A stretch of 64,000 nt of DNA from the sequence record OR352940.1. One strand, 5' to 3'. This DNA is from Escherichia phage AV110. The notes under the pieces were generated by a model. It was not told the DNA's origin. It ran no database searches and worked only from the letters and a program-made list of their open reading frames with translations. Shown one piece after another: positions 7,570 to 16,505 of the stretch. Within the stretch, counting starts at the first letter, position 1, and every line of letters begins with the position of its first letter. A program made the position numbers and the translations under genes.

Positions 7570-9783
7570 TTATTTGGCCGCTTCCACGGCCTTCATGAAT
7601 TTAACGATTTGAGCGACCTGTTCTTTGGAAAGAGTACCACGTCGTCCCATGTAGTCTGACACAATATGATAATTGGTTTCGAATTCAATAACCATTTTAT
7701 CATCATTATCGTAAGCATTATCTTTAAGCTTATCGAAAATTTTAGCACACAATTCTAACTTCTTATTCAGGTCTGTATTAGTAGCACCTGCGAATCGATT
7801 CCATCCCCAACGATTATTTACTGTTGAGAGTTTTGCAAAGTCTTTACTGATTTCTTTGTTCTTAGAGCTAAAATACTTACTAAGGAAGTTAAGCTCTTCA
7901 TTACGAGTAATATGATTCAAATAAGGCTGTGCTCTACGACTTGGTGATACATACTCATCATAATCTACTTTATCGATTAGCGTAATATAGTCGTTAATTG
8001 ATTTTTCGAACAAGCATTCTACTTCACCAAGTTTACGAACTTTCTTAGCAATCTGTGGACGGACTACAGTGAACTCTTTAATACCTGACAAATCAGCAAT
8101 ACGGGTCAAGAAATTGGAGTCATAGTTCAACCAACCTTTATCTGAGTCAAGACATTCAGCATTAGAACGATTACGAACTATAGCATAACCTTGGATTTCA
8201 TCTGCTTCACTTGCCGGAATAAAGAGGTCTTCTGATACCCAAACGTCATTTTCATTCTTAAAGAATCGATGAGCACTTGGCGATTTAGGACGAGGCTCAT
8301 TAGTCCGTTTCCTGACTTCAATCCATGGCTTAACGATTTGTAAAAGCTCTGAAGTCTTGTACATGTTAATGTTGTCGCCATCAAAGATAACTTTAAGGCG
8401 TTCCAGAAGTTTCATTGCATCTTCGTCTGTAGGGTCAACGAATAGTACACTTTTACCAAAACCGCGTGGAACTTTACCAGTTAATTTAACCTCGTCTTTA
8501 GACATTTCAATTGAATTAAGAGCTCGCATTAATGGAACGCGGCCCTTAACGTCGTCAATAACAATTTCAACATTTTTAATGTTAATGCCAATCAGACTGT
8601 TAATTGAAATGGTTGCCGTTGAGCTACCGCTTTCACGAATACGACGAAGACGAGGGGATTCAACGATATCGTATACGACACCAAGATTACACCACTCAGG
8701 CCCCATTTTAAAACGTTTGTACAACTCAGAATAAGTTAGTTGTTCTTTAGAGTATTTCAGTGATTCAATATTAGACCCGGCCTTTTCCATGTATTTACGA
8801 GCGGTATAGCCAAGAGAATCAATTTCACGGAACACATGACGTGGGTATTTACAATCAATCCATTTCTTAGAATCTTCAGCAAATAATTTTGCATCAATTT
8901 CTGCAACACGTTTATGGATATTTGCTACTGTACGTTTATCAAATGACAATGCTTCACGAGACGGGGCTACATCTAGTTCACCCATAGGGAATTTAATATA
9001 AGCTGTAGTGCATCGTGTCATCATCCATGTTTGTTCTTTAATAACACTTCCGATTGGATATACAATACCACCGTAAACAGCCATGATATTACCGCGTTCA
9101 CCCCATGGAGCTTCCTTGGCCAAATATACATCGTCAAATTCAGGGAAGTATTTAATATCTTTAACACCACGAACTTCTGCAATATCACCTAGAGGACGCA
9201 TAACATATGCAATTTCGGATGCGAACTTTTCAAAATCTTCTGGGTTAACAGGCACAACTACTTCAACGCCGGTCCGGTCATCAGGACCCATCTTATCTAC
9301 AAAGGTCGGCTTAATTTGTGGACCCGTGTCATCTTGGTAGATTACGTAACCACGAACTTCACCGTTGTGATAAGACGTAAGGTTAAACGTATCGGTATAT
9401 GCTAGTGGAGCTTTAGAACCGAGTCCGAATCCACCAATGAAATCGTTACTCGATGTTTTAGTTGAAGCAAAATATGAGTTATAGATTCCTGGCTCTTCGT
9501 CATTACCTCGAATGGTGAAATCACTCATACCAGGACCAAAGTCTCGAACTACAAAACGTGGGTCTAAACGACCTGGAGCCTGAACAATAAACTTATCAGT
9601 GCAACCATTAAGAATTTGTCCATCGATACAGTTTGTGATTAATTCACGTACACAAGCCAATTCTTTGTTTGTATAAAGGTCATTAGACAAAATCTTATAA
9701 ACTTTGCTATTGCCTTGAATAGTAAATGCTGTGCTTTTACCACCAGAACCAATAATCGTTTCTTTAGCCGTTTCAATAATCAT
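7570..9783 (-). CDS. rIIA: rIIA
   Basis: 737 aa; N-terminal GHKL-ATPase-like region (ELITNCIDG...DFGPGM); size and position as T4 rIIA. Confidence 0.9.
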   Translation of the reverse strand: MIIETAKETIIGSGGKSTAFTIQGNSKVYKILSNDLYTNKELACVRELITNCIDGQILNGCTDKFIVQAPGRLDPRFVVRDFGPGMSDFTIRGNDEEPGIYNSYFASTKTSSNDFIGGFGLGSKAPLAYTDTFNLTSYHNGEVRGYVIYQDDTGPQIKPTFVDKMGPDDRTGVEVVVPVNPEDFEKFASEIAYVMRPLGDIAEVRGVKDIKYFPEFDDVYLAKEAPWGERGNIMAVYGGIVYPIGSVIKEQTWMMTRCTTAYIKFPMGELDVAPSREALSFDKRTVANIHKRVAEIDAKLFAEDSKKWIDCKYPRHVFREIDSLGYTARKYMEKAGSNIESLKYSKEQLTYSELYKRFKMGPEWCNLGVVYDIVESPRLRRIRESGSSTATISINSLIGINIKNVEIVIDDVKGRVPLMRALNSIEMSKDEVKLTGKVPRGFGKSVLFVDPTDEDAMKLLERLKVIFDGDNINMYKTSELLQIVKPWIEVRKRTNEPRPKSPSAHRFFKNENDVWVSEDLFIPASEADEIQGYAIVRNRSNAECLDSDKGWLNYDSNFLTRIADLSGIKEFTVVRPQIAKKVRKLGEVECLFEKSINDYITLIDKVDYDEYVSPSRRAQPYLNHITRNEELNFLSKYFSSKNKEISKDFAKLSTVNNRWGWNRFAGATNTDLNKKLELCAKIFDKLKDNAYDNDDKMVIEFETNYHIVSDYMGRRGTLSKEQVAQIVKFMKAVEAAK

Positions 9784-9795
9784 ATTTTTCTCTCA

Positions 9796-9996
9796 TCACA
9801 AGTTACGTTTAAAAATTTCTGCCACTTCAAGAAGTTCTTCTTTAGTAGCTGTATCGGTTTGTATTTTATATCGAATTTCTTTAAAGCGTTCTTTAAAGGA
9901 CTCTGCTGACTCGATATCAAAAAATCTTTGGATAAGCCGGAATTCCCGGAGCACTGCTTTATCAAAAAGTTCCAAGTCCACGTTATATGTTCTCAT
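9796..9996 (-). CDS. hypothetical protein (66 aa)
   Basis: ORF between glycosyltransferase and rIIA; position of T4 rIIA.1. Confidence 0.45.
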   Translation of the reverse strand: MRTYNVDLELFDKAVLREFRLIQRFFDIESAESFKERFKEIRYKIQTDTATKEELLEVAEIFKRNL

Positions 9997-10088
9997 AATA
10001 TTCTCTTCAGTAGATTCCTAGGGCACTATTACTAAAGACCATATAATCTATCATCTTATGTGTAATAGTGCCTCAGGCTATTCAGGAT

Positions 10089-11189
10089 TTACGCTGTGAA
10101 GATTTTATCCCACATCGCAACAACTGCATCTCGATTATACTTCTTCCATACTGCTTCAGCACGTTTAACTCGAGCTTCGTATGTGTCAGTGAATTCTAAT
10201 ACAGCTTTTGTGTAAAGCGCAACTACTTCTTTCTTAGGAGTAGAGGAATCAATTTCTACACGCACAGTATCTGGGTCATATTCGAATGTCGCGTGCGGAT
10301 AATCCTTAAAAACTAACTGAATCACAGGGACACCTTTAGAGATGGCTTCAATAGAACTATTCTCTACCGTACCTGTGTCAGGACACGTATTAATAAGTGC
10401 TTTAGCTGTTTTAAGACGTTCCATGATTTCACTGTGTGGAGCATCAATAATAACAGGATACTTAGCCGGTGGTGCCCATTTACTAGGACAGTATCCTGCA
10501 CCATTTTCGCCTAGTGCTTTAATCGCTTCAAGAGCAACATCAGTACGACGCATTTTAGTGTCATAACGTTGTGCACTAATAATCAGATCCGTCGCCGGAA
10601 GAACTTCAGGTTTCTCATTCAAACAAATAACCGGATAATCTTCGGCTTCAAACAACGGATTTGCTCGCCAATAATCATAATCAATTTTGTCAGTCAGACC
10701 TGAAGTCATATAACAATATTTGCGTTCAAATTCACGGAAGGCTTTAGTAGGAGCATAACTCTTACCACCATTCTTATGAATTTGAATAGTCTGGTCCCAA
10801 ATTTGAACAATGCCACGAGATACCGGTTCAAATGGTGTTGCCATAAAATTCTTATGAACTTTAGAGAGACCCGCGTCTTTAATTGCCTGAACGGTTAGTT
10901 TGGTCGGTTCCATTGTAACAACGAAATCATACTCATTAATGCCGGCTAGTTCAACAATCTTACGAGCCATAGTATAACTCATACCTAGACTGAATTTAGT
11001 CAGATGACCAACAGGATGATGATTAACTTTCCAATCACCAAATGTGTCATTATCAAAACCGATATAATCAATATCAGCACCGATGGACACAAGATATTTC
11101 AACACATTTAAATGTACTGCTTCAAGACCACCTTGTACACGGTCAGGATTAAATGGGACTGCACGAGATGGGATAAACATAACTTTCAT
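10089..11189 (-). CDS. GT-B fold glycosyltransferase, candidate DNA hmC glycosyl/arabinosyl-transferase
   Basis: 366 aa; GT4-like N-terminus MKVMFIPSRAVPF...GGLEAVHLNVLKYL and C-terminal E...EAISKGVPVIQ donor-binding pattern; third gene from rIIA, where T4 has gene 60/mobA. Confidence 0.6.
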   Translation of the reverse strand: MKVMFIPSRAVPFNPDRVQGGLEAVHLNVLKYLVSIGADIDYIGFDNDTFGDWKVNHHPVGHLTKFSLGMSYTMARKIVELAGINEYDFVVTMEPTKLTVQAIKDAGLSKVHKNFMATPFEPVSRGIVQIWDQTIQIHKNGGKSYAPTKAFREFERKYCYMTSGLTDKIDYDYWRANPLFEAEDYPVICLNEKPEVLPATDLIISAQRYDTKMRRTDVALEAIKALGENGAGYCPSKWAPPAKYPVIIDAPHSEIMERLKTAKALINTCPDTGTVENSSIEAISKGVPVIQLVFKDYPHATFEYDPDTVRVEIDSSTPKKEVVALYTKAVLEFTDTYEARVKRAEAVWKKYNRDAVVAMWDKIFTA

Positions 11190-11215
11190 AATTAAGCCTT
11201 ATTAAAATTAAAATG

Positions 11216-11233
11216 AAGCTCCCGAAGGAGCTT
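11216..11233 (-). terminator. hairpin after gene 39 (attenuator/terminator-like)
   Basis: AAGCUCC-UUCG-GGAGCUU overlapping gene 39 stop, followed by interrupted U-tract. Confidence 0.35.
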
Positions 11234-13049
11234 AGGACATCCATTCTTTACGAAGTTCTGAATCATCACCCATCAACATTTCAAAGAGTTCTTTCCAATT
11301 TTCAGGAAGTTTAACTACGTCGTACACAGGGTTCTGAATCATTTCACGATATTCTGACTTTTCAAGGGAGCCTAATCCCTTGATGTATCGAATACTATGC
11401 TTAGGCAGTGTATCTTTAACTTCTTCATACTCAGCTACAGTATAAAACCATTTTTGAGTTTTGCCAATTTGTGCAATAATTACAGGCGTTTTAACAAAGC
11501 GAATACGTCCTTGTTCAAACAATTCAGGCCAATTACTAAAGAAAGCAAGCAAAGCCGGATAGATACTTCCAAGACCGTCGTGATCTGCATCGGTCATAAT
11601 TGCAATATTACGATAGTTCGTATTCTCTGCCTTTTCACCAAGAATAAGACCTGTGATAGCACAGATATCGAAGAGCTCTTTGTTCTTCATCATATCAGCA
11701 TATGACATACCCCAGCTATTCATCACCTTACCACGTAATGGGAATCCGCCGTGTAGTTCACGGTCACGAACATCAATGAGATAACCAATTGCCGAATCAC
11801 CTTCTGTTAAAAACAATGTCGTATCTGCATCTTTACCACATTGGTTAGCTTTAATATGCTTATGAACCTTAGCTTTAGTTGCCTTTTTAGCTGCTTTAGT
11901 TTCTGCAGCCTTTTCTGCTGCCAATTTACGAGCTAATGCTGCTTCAACAATAGGCATAATCAAGGCTTCGTTTTTAAGAAGTGCCTGAGCAATTTTCTTA
12001 GCATCTAATTGGATATGATTACGAATATCACCATACGTTGACGTTAAACGTTCTTTAGTCTGAGAATCAAAACGCATGTTGCTCATGTCTCTAATAAACA
12101 TCAACATTGTGAGGCATTCTTTAACACGAGCTTTAGTGACTTCAATACCCTTATATTTCTTTTTAATACCCGGTAAAAGATGTTCGCAGATATCATCCAT
12201 TACACATTCAACATGATGACCGCCATTTTTAGTATGGATGTTATTCACATAAGTTAAATGACGGAAGCCATCTGGTGATGTTGTGAATGCTATAGAGACT
12301 TTATCATTTTCTTGAATGATGTTATCTTCACCAAATTGTTTAGCAAATCGTTTAAAATTACCATCAACCTTTTTACCATTAAATGTGAACTTGATATCAG
12401 GATAAACGACTGCCAATGTTTGAAGTCGGTCTAAAGTAATATCTAAATAAATTTGAGATAAATTATGCTCTTCAAATGAAGAGAAATCAGGAGTGAAGAT
12501 TACTTTAGTGCCTTTACCTTTAGATTTCTTAGAAGACCATGATTTGTTTTCCATTCCGTTTGAACAGTTAACAGTGATTTCATTTTCGCCATCTGACGTG
12601 ATGCCTGTAAACAACGTAGAGAAGATATTAGTTAAACTACTCCCGACGCCGTTCATACCACCAGTCTTGCGTTCAGAGTCATCACCAAAGTTACCACCGG
12701 CCTTTGGAATAGTCCAGGCTGCTACAGGCCCAGGAATTTGTTCATCTGTTTGGTCAGTAACTAAACCTTGAGGAATACCACGTCCGTTATCTTCCACCGA
12801 AACTTGATTATTTTTAATTTGCACATCAATTTTATTTGCAAACTTAAATGATGTACGAATAGCTTCATCAACCGAGTTGTCAATAATCTCATCGATTAAT
12901 TTAACCAGACCAGGAACATATTCAACTTGTTGATATTTACCAAACAAAAAACGCTCATGTGCTTCTTTAGCAGAAGAACCAATATACATACCACTACGTT
13001 TCTTAATATGTTCTACATCTGACAATACCTTAATTTCATTTTTAATCAT
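11232..13049 (-). CDS. 39: DNA topoisomerase II large subunit gp39 (uninterrupted 39+60 form)
   Basis: 605 aa; GyrB-like GHKL ATPase (GMYIGS, DNGRGIP, GG.NGVGSS) and TOPRIM (LFLTEGDSA); fused form as in T2/T6. Confidence 0.9.
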   Translation of the reverse strand: MIKNEIKVLSDVEHIKKRSGMYIGSSAKEAHERFLFGKYQQVEYVPGLVKLIDEIIDNSVDEAIRTSFKFANKIDVQIKNNQVSVEDNGRGIPQGLVTDQTDEQIPGPVAAWTIPKAGGNFGDDSERKTGGMNGVGSSLTNIFSTLFTGITSDGENEITVNCSNGMENKSWSSKKSKGKGTKVIFTPDFSSFEEHNLSQIYLDITLDRLQTLAVVYPDIKFTFNGKKVDGNFKRFAKQFGEDNIIQENDKVSIAFTTSPDGFRHLTYVNNIHTKNGGHHVECVMDDICEHLLPGIKKKYKGIEVTKARVKECLTMLMFIRDMSNMRFDSQTKERLTSTYGDIRNHIQLDAKKIAQALLKNEALIMPIVEAALARKLAAEKAAETKAAKKATKAKVHKHIKANQCGKDADTTLFLTEGDSAIGYLIDVRDRELHGGFPLRGKVMNSWGMSYADMMKNKELFDICAITGLILGEKAENTNYRNIAIMTDADHDGLGSIYPALLAFFSNWPELFEQGRIRFVKTPVIIAQIGKTQKWFYTVAEYEEVKDTLPKHSIRYIKGLGSLEKSEYREMIQNPVYDVVKLPENWKELFEMLMGDDSELRKEWMS

Positions 13050-13071
13050 GTTGTCTCCTCGTTATGAAGGT

Positions 13072-13098
13072 ATTCTATCATCCGAAATCTAAAGCAAA
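13072..13098 (-). promoter_or_regulatory. middle promoter (MotA box TTTGCTTTA, 12 bp, -10 TAGAAT) for gene 39
   Basis: MotA-box consensus centred about -30 with sigma70 -10 at correct spacing, upstream of gene 39; motA is present in the window. Confidence 0.5.
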
Positions 13099-13114
13099 AA
13101 GGGCCGAAGCCCTT
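13099..13114 (-). terminator. hairpin terminator upstream of gene 39 promoter
   Basis: AAGGGC-UUCG-GCCCUU then UUUGCUUU; overlaps MotA box. Confidence 0.45.
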
Positions 13115-13535
13115 ATTTAAATTTAATTTTCTGAAGTGCATCAATTGCAGCCAAACGCCCTTGTTCACTTTTAACTGTAATGACCACATCGCCTGATACG
13201 ATCACCGAACCATCAACAAATTCTATAGAGCCTTTTTTGAAATCGACAACTGTATCTGGTTCCGGAACTTCTTCAAAGAATTTAAATTCTGCACCATAAA
13301 TCAGAATATCACCTTGCATACTAATGATTGAACGTCCAGGTCCATCGGTTTCAGCGGCAATCATTGAAACACCATAACCAATCATCTCTTCTACAATAAA
13401 ATCTCTTGATAATAAAACTGTATGCAGAGTAGTGTTAAGACGTTTACCAGTCGTATTAAGAATTCTCAAGAAATTATCTTCCTGTCCTTTGATAATACGA
13501 TATTTCTTACCAACTTCAAAACCTTTAAAAGCCAT
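13113..13535 (-). CDS. hypothetical protein (140 aa)
   Basis: ORF downstream of gene 39; followed by UUCG hairpin terminator. Confidence 0.5.
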   Translation of the reverse strand: MAFKGFEVGKKYRIIKGQEDNFLRILNTTGKRLNTTLHTVLLSRDFIVEEMIGYGVSMIAAETDGPGRSIISMQGDILIYGAEFKFFEEVPEPDTVVDFKKGSIEFVDGSVIVSGDVVITVKSEQGRLAAIDALQKIKFK

Positions 13536-13537
13536 AA

Positions 13538-13717
13538 TTAACCCTTCTTAAGTAAGTCGTAAAAACCACCGTTCACATGTTTAGGAGCAGAAACCCGACG
13601 AGTAGACAGACGATGACATTCAGGGCAAACATCGTTTTCTCGTTCAGAAATTCTTTTAATTTTTTCATATTCATGACCACAATCTTCAGATTGACATTTA
13701 TAGTCGTATAACGGCAT
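13538..13717 (-). CDS. FmdB-like zinc-ribbon protein (59 aa)
   Basis: Hand-found [21 protein letters not shown]...CPEC (two CxxC pairs), TAATG-coupled to upstream ORF; below track cut-off. Confidence 0.5.
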   Translation of the reverse strand: MPLYDYKCQSEDCGHEYEKIKRISERENDVCPECHRLSTRRVSAPKHVNGGFYDLLKKG

Positions 13718-14130
13718 TATTGTTCCTTAAAGTGAGCTTTCAACATTTGATACAAAGACCATGCCTGGTCGTTATTTTTGATAGTAATCGTCATCACCGG
13801 AAATTCAGACAATTCATCAAGTTCTCCAGAGTCTTGCTCTTCAGACGCTTGATATGGATTTCCAACTTCGTCAAAGAACTCTGCTTCATTCGTGGAGAGC
13901 CAGATAAAGTTTTCATCAAGGATATCACCACCTGTCGCGTATCCAACCATGCCAGTAGATGTCACAATTTTAGTAGGACGATCAAGATGGTCAACATCTA
14001 ATACTTTAAATGGTTCCACGCCAAGACGTCGTGCATAAATCCCATTATCGGTGTGGTCCTTAATAAACTCTTCTTGGGCACGTTTATCTTTAAATTGGTA
14101 CCATGAGTTAACGCGGAATTTATTAGCCAT
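13717..14130 (-). CDS. hypothetical acidic protein (about 137 aa)
   Basis: Start taken at Met-7 (MANKF...) coupled to upstream stop; track lists 13717..14148. Confidence 0.5.
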   Translation of the reverse strand: MANKFRVNSWYQFKDKRAQEEFIKDHTDNGIYARRLGVEPFKVLDVDHLDRPTKIVTSTGMVGYATGGDILDENFIWLSTNEAEFFDEVGNPYQASEEQDSGELDELSEFPVMTITIKNNDQAWSLYQMLKAHFKEQ

Positions 14131-14357
14131 TAGTAAGTTTCCTTCCAATAAGTTGTACCGTTTTCAGTGATTTCACGGAAGATACCGTAGATAGGCATTT
14201 CATCACCGAGTTTTTCGTAAACGTAAACCACTTCGGTGTAGCATAAAAATCCGGTCCAGTTTTTCTGTACAACAACTAAATCAGGATTAAACAGAACATC
14301 TTCAAACTCATCGATGTTTGAATCAGTAGTTACGTTTTTAATGATTTGACGTTTCAT
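14130..14357 (-). CDS. hypothetical protein (about 75 aa)
   Basis: ATG at 14357 with AGAGGAG RBS; track start 14402 lies inside the promoter. Confidence 0.45.
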   Translation of the reverse strand: MKRQIIKNVTTDSNIDEFEDVLFNPDLVVVQKNWTGFLCYTEVVYVYEKLGDEMPIYGIFREITENGTTYWKETY

Positions 14358-14385
14358 AATATTCTCCTCTTGTTTTGATAGGTCT

Positions 14386-14414
14386 ATAGTATCATAGACC
14401 ACAGTTGTTGTACA
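14386..14414 (-). promoter_or_regulatory. early-type promoter (TGTACA-17-TACTAT)
   Basis: Upstream of ORF 14130..14357; -10 flanked by GGTCTAT/ATAGACC inverted repeat. Confidence 0.4.
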
Positions 14415-14939
14415 TCATTTTAGCAAAATAAAATCAACTTGTTCTGCCAATGAACGTCTGAACATTAATTGACAACTTCCGAGGATGAAATCAGGTGCTT
14501 CATAGACCGCGATGTAGTATCCTTTAGCTTTCAAGAGTTCAACATCCACCTGGTCATCAAACCATGCATAAACCGCGTCAACACTTTCAAATCCAAAATA
14601 GAACCCTTGAGCCCAATCTTCACTCAATTCAAATGTGTGCTCAATTCTATGGTATCTTAAGATATTTTGTTCAAGGAGTTTGTCTTCATTTACTGTAGGA
14701 CGATTAGGGACATTATAGTTGTCGCCGTGATGGTAGAAGTTACCTGAGAGTATTCCATGCTTATCAAGGAACTCCCATGTTTCTTCAGAGTTGTCGGTGC
14801 CCGACCAACCGTATGGCGAGCGAGGTTCTTTATTCCAAGAGGTTTCCCAAATTCTGACGGCTTTACCATCTTCGATAGCAATTCCTGGTAATGATTCACG
14901 TTGAGTACAAAAACTACGTTCTACGCGATAAACTAACAT
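14415..14939 (-). CDS. hypothetical protein (174 aa)
   Basis: ORF with GGAG RBS downstream of early promoter 14966-14994. Confidence 0.5.
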   Translation of the reverse strand: MLVYRVERSFCTQRESLPGIAIEDGKAVRIWETSWNKEPRSPYGWSGTDNSEETWEFLDKHGILSGNFYHHGDNYNVPNRPTVNEDKLLEQNILRYHRIEHTFELSEDWAQGFYFGFESVDAVYAWFDDQVDVELLKAKGYYIAVYEAPDFILGSCQLMFRRSLAEQVDFILLK

Positions 14940-14965
14940 ATTATTCTCCTCTGGTTGATAGGTCT

Positions 14966-14994
14966 ATAATATCAAAACCGGAGGAGAAGTAAAC
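14966..14994 (-). promoter_or_regulatory. early promoter (GTTTAC-17-TATTAT)
   Basis: Upstream of ORF 14415..14939; followed by AGACCTATCAA. Confidence 0.5.
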
Positions 14995-14998
14995 AACT

Positions 14999-15418
14999 TT
15001 ATGCAAAAGATGCTGGACAATATTTTTTGATTTGGAACTCAGGAACTACCATGAACTGTCCAGCGAAAACGATGTTATAAAGCTTAACACCATCTTCTAC
15101 CCATTGGTCCGAAATAAAGCCAGCAACTTGATTCGTTTTCCATGGAGACCCGTCAGTTGCAGCAGCAATAGTAAATTTGTGGTCTTTTACAACTAAAACA
15201 GACCTGCACAGTTTCCATTTGAACGCACGTTCTTCTGGCTCAATGAATTGGCTTTTAACGTAACCAATGTTACCATCTGCGTCACGAACTTTAACTTCGT
15301 TACGTCCAAAAACCGGATCACTCACAGAAAGAACTTCAACCAACTTCCCGGCAACTTTAGAGCGAGAAGCATCCGATACGTGTACATAATCACCAATAGA
15401 GAGATTTGCAATATTCAT
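14999..15418 (-). CDS. paralogous family protein, member A (139 aa)
   Basis: Shares C-terminal motif ISDQWVEDGxKLYNIVFxGxFxVV and N-terminal SxASRSKxAGxLVEV with adjacent ORF 15428..15883. Confidence 0.6.
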   Translation of the reverse strand: MNIANLSIGDYVHVSDASRSKVAGKLVEVLSVSDPVFGRNEVKVRDADGNIGYVKSQFIEPEERAFKWKLCRSVLVVKDHKFTIAAATDGSPWKTNQVAGFISDQWVEDGVKLYNIVFAGQFMVVPEFQIKKYCPASFA

Positions 15419-15427
15419 AATAATTCC

Positions 15428-15883
15428 TTAAGCTTTACGAGGAGACACATAGCGAGTGATTTCAGATTCTTTAACAACTCGGAAGTCACCTAAGAATACG
15501 ATATTGTATAACTTTTCACCATCTTCAACCCATTGGTCACTAATGAAGCCACACATAGTATCAGTTTTGCTTGGATAACCGTATTCATCGATGAAGTCAA
15601 ATTCTTTATCAGTCTGGAATTCAACACCTTTATAAAGAGCCCATTTGAACTGTACATTAGGTTCAGTAGAAGCAAAATGAGCGCTCACATGAGTTTCCAA
15701 GAATTTAGGACTTACGTAAGCGTACTGAGTATCCTGACGTCCAAAACTAGGAATGATTCGAACTTTAACTTCTTTAATACGTCCCATGCCATTTGTGCGA
15801 AGTCCGACAACTTCAACCAGACGACCTGCGGCTTTAGAACGGGATGCAGTTGATACACGCTTAATTTCACCAATAGTAATCAT
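15428..15883 (-). CDS. paralogous family protein, member B (about 152 aa)
   Basis: Paralogue of 14999..15418; start taken at MITIGEIK (ATG 15883) because track start lies within promoter -35. Confidence 0.6.
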   Translation of the reverse strand: MITIGEIKRVSTASRSKAAGRLVEVVGLRTNGMGRIKEVKVRIIPSFGRQDTQYAYVSPKFLETHVSAHFASTEPNVQFKWALYKGVEFQTDKEFDFIDEYGYPSKTDTMCGFISDQWVEDGEKLYNIVFLGDFRVVKESEITRYVSPRKA

Positions 15884-15913
15884 AATTTTTCTCTCTTTGT
15901 TTAAGTTGAATTC

Positions 15914-15943
15914 ATTATACTCCAACCATCCTTGGTTGTACAA
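15914..15943 (-). promoter_or_regulatory. early-type promoter (TTGTAC-18-TATAAT)
   Basis: Upstream of paralogue B; spacer AACCAAGGATGGTTGGAG shared with 16471-16500 and 58281-58309. Confidence 0.45.
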
Positions 15944-15945
15944 CA

Positions 15946-16440
15946 TTAATTTAGAATATTAACCACAGCACTACGTGGAACTACACTAAAATCACCTGCA
16001 TGAACAACGTTCAGAAGTTCAACACCGTCTTCAATCCACTGGTCAGTTACCCAGCCACTTACCGGTCCTGCGAACGGACGTCGAATTGAAACAGCTTTAC
16101 ACAACAAATCAGTAGGCTCAATAGGCTTAATCAGAGTACCGTACATACAAGCGATATCCATATCAATACAGATGTCTTTAACGGGTTCTACTTCTTCAAT
16201 CAACAGTTCAAAGTCGGTGCTTGGAAGGGCGGTAGTAGAAATTGTACCATATGAATTTTTAATTTCTAAGAATAACCAAGGGCCTTCAGCTTGTTTGATG
16301 AAGTTAACAATAGTAAAACTATTACCTTGAGTGGCACCTAAAATTTCACAAAACTTTTCATAAGCTCGCACTGAAGCACCGTACCAGTTGATTTGTTTTT
16401 CGTCTTTCAGGATGTAAGTAGCCGTAGTATTGATATTCAT
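15946..16440 (-). CDS. paralogous family protein, member C (164 aa)
   Basis: More divergent copy with same C-terminal motif (VTDQWIEDGVELLNVVHAGDFSVV); own early promoter; position of T4 dexA.1/dexA.2/motB. Confidence 0.55.
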   Translation of the reverse strand: MNINTTATYILKDEKQINWYGASVRAYEKFCEILGATQGNSFTIVNFIKQAEGPWLFLEIKNSYGTISTTALPSTDFELLIEEVEPVKDICIDMDIACMYGTLIKPIEPTDLLCKAVSIRRPFAGPVSGWVTDQWIEDGVELLNVVHAGDFSVVPRSAVVNILN

Positions 16441-16470
16441 AATGTTTTCCTGTTTGGTTAAGATAGAAAG

Positions 16471-16500
16471 ATTATACTCCAGCCATCCTTGGTTGTAAAC
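16471..16500 (-). promoter_or_regulatory. early promoter (GTTTAC-18-TATAAT)
   Basis: Upstream of paralogue C; spacer AACCAAGGATGGCTGGAG. Confidence 0.5.
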
Positions 16501-16505
16501 TGATT

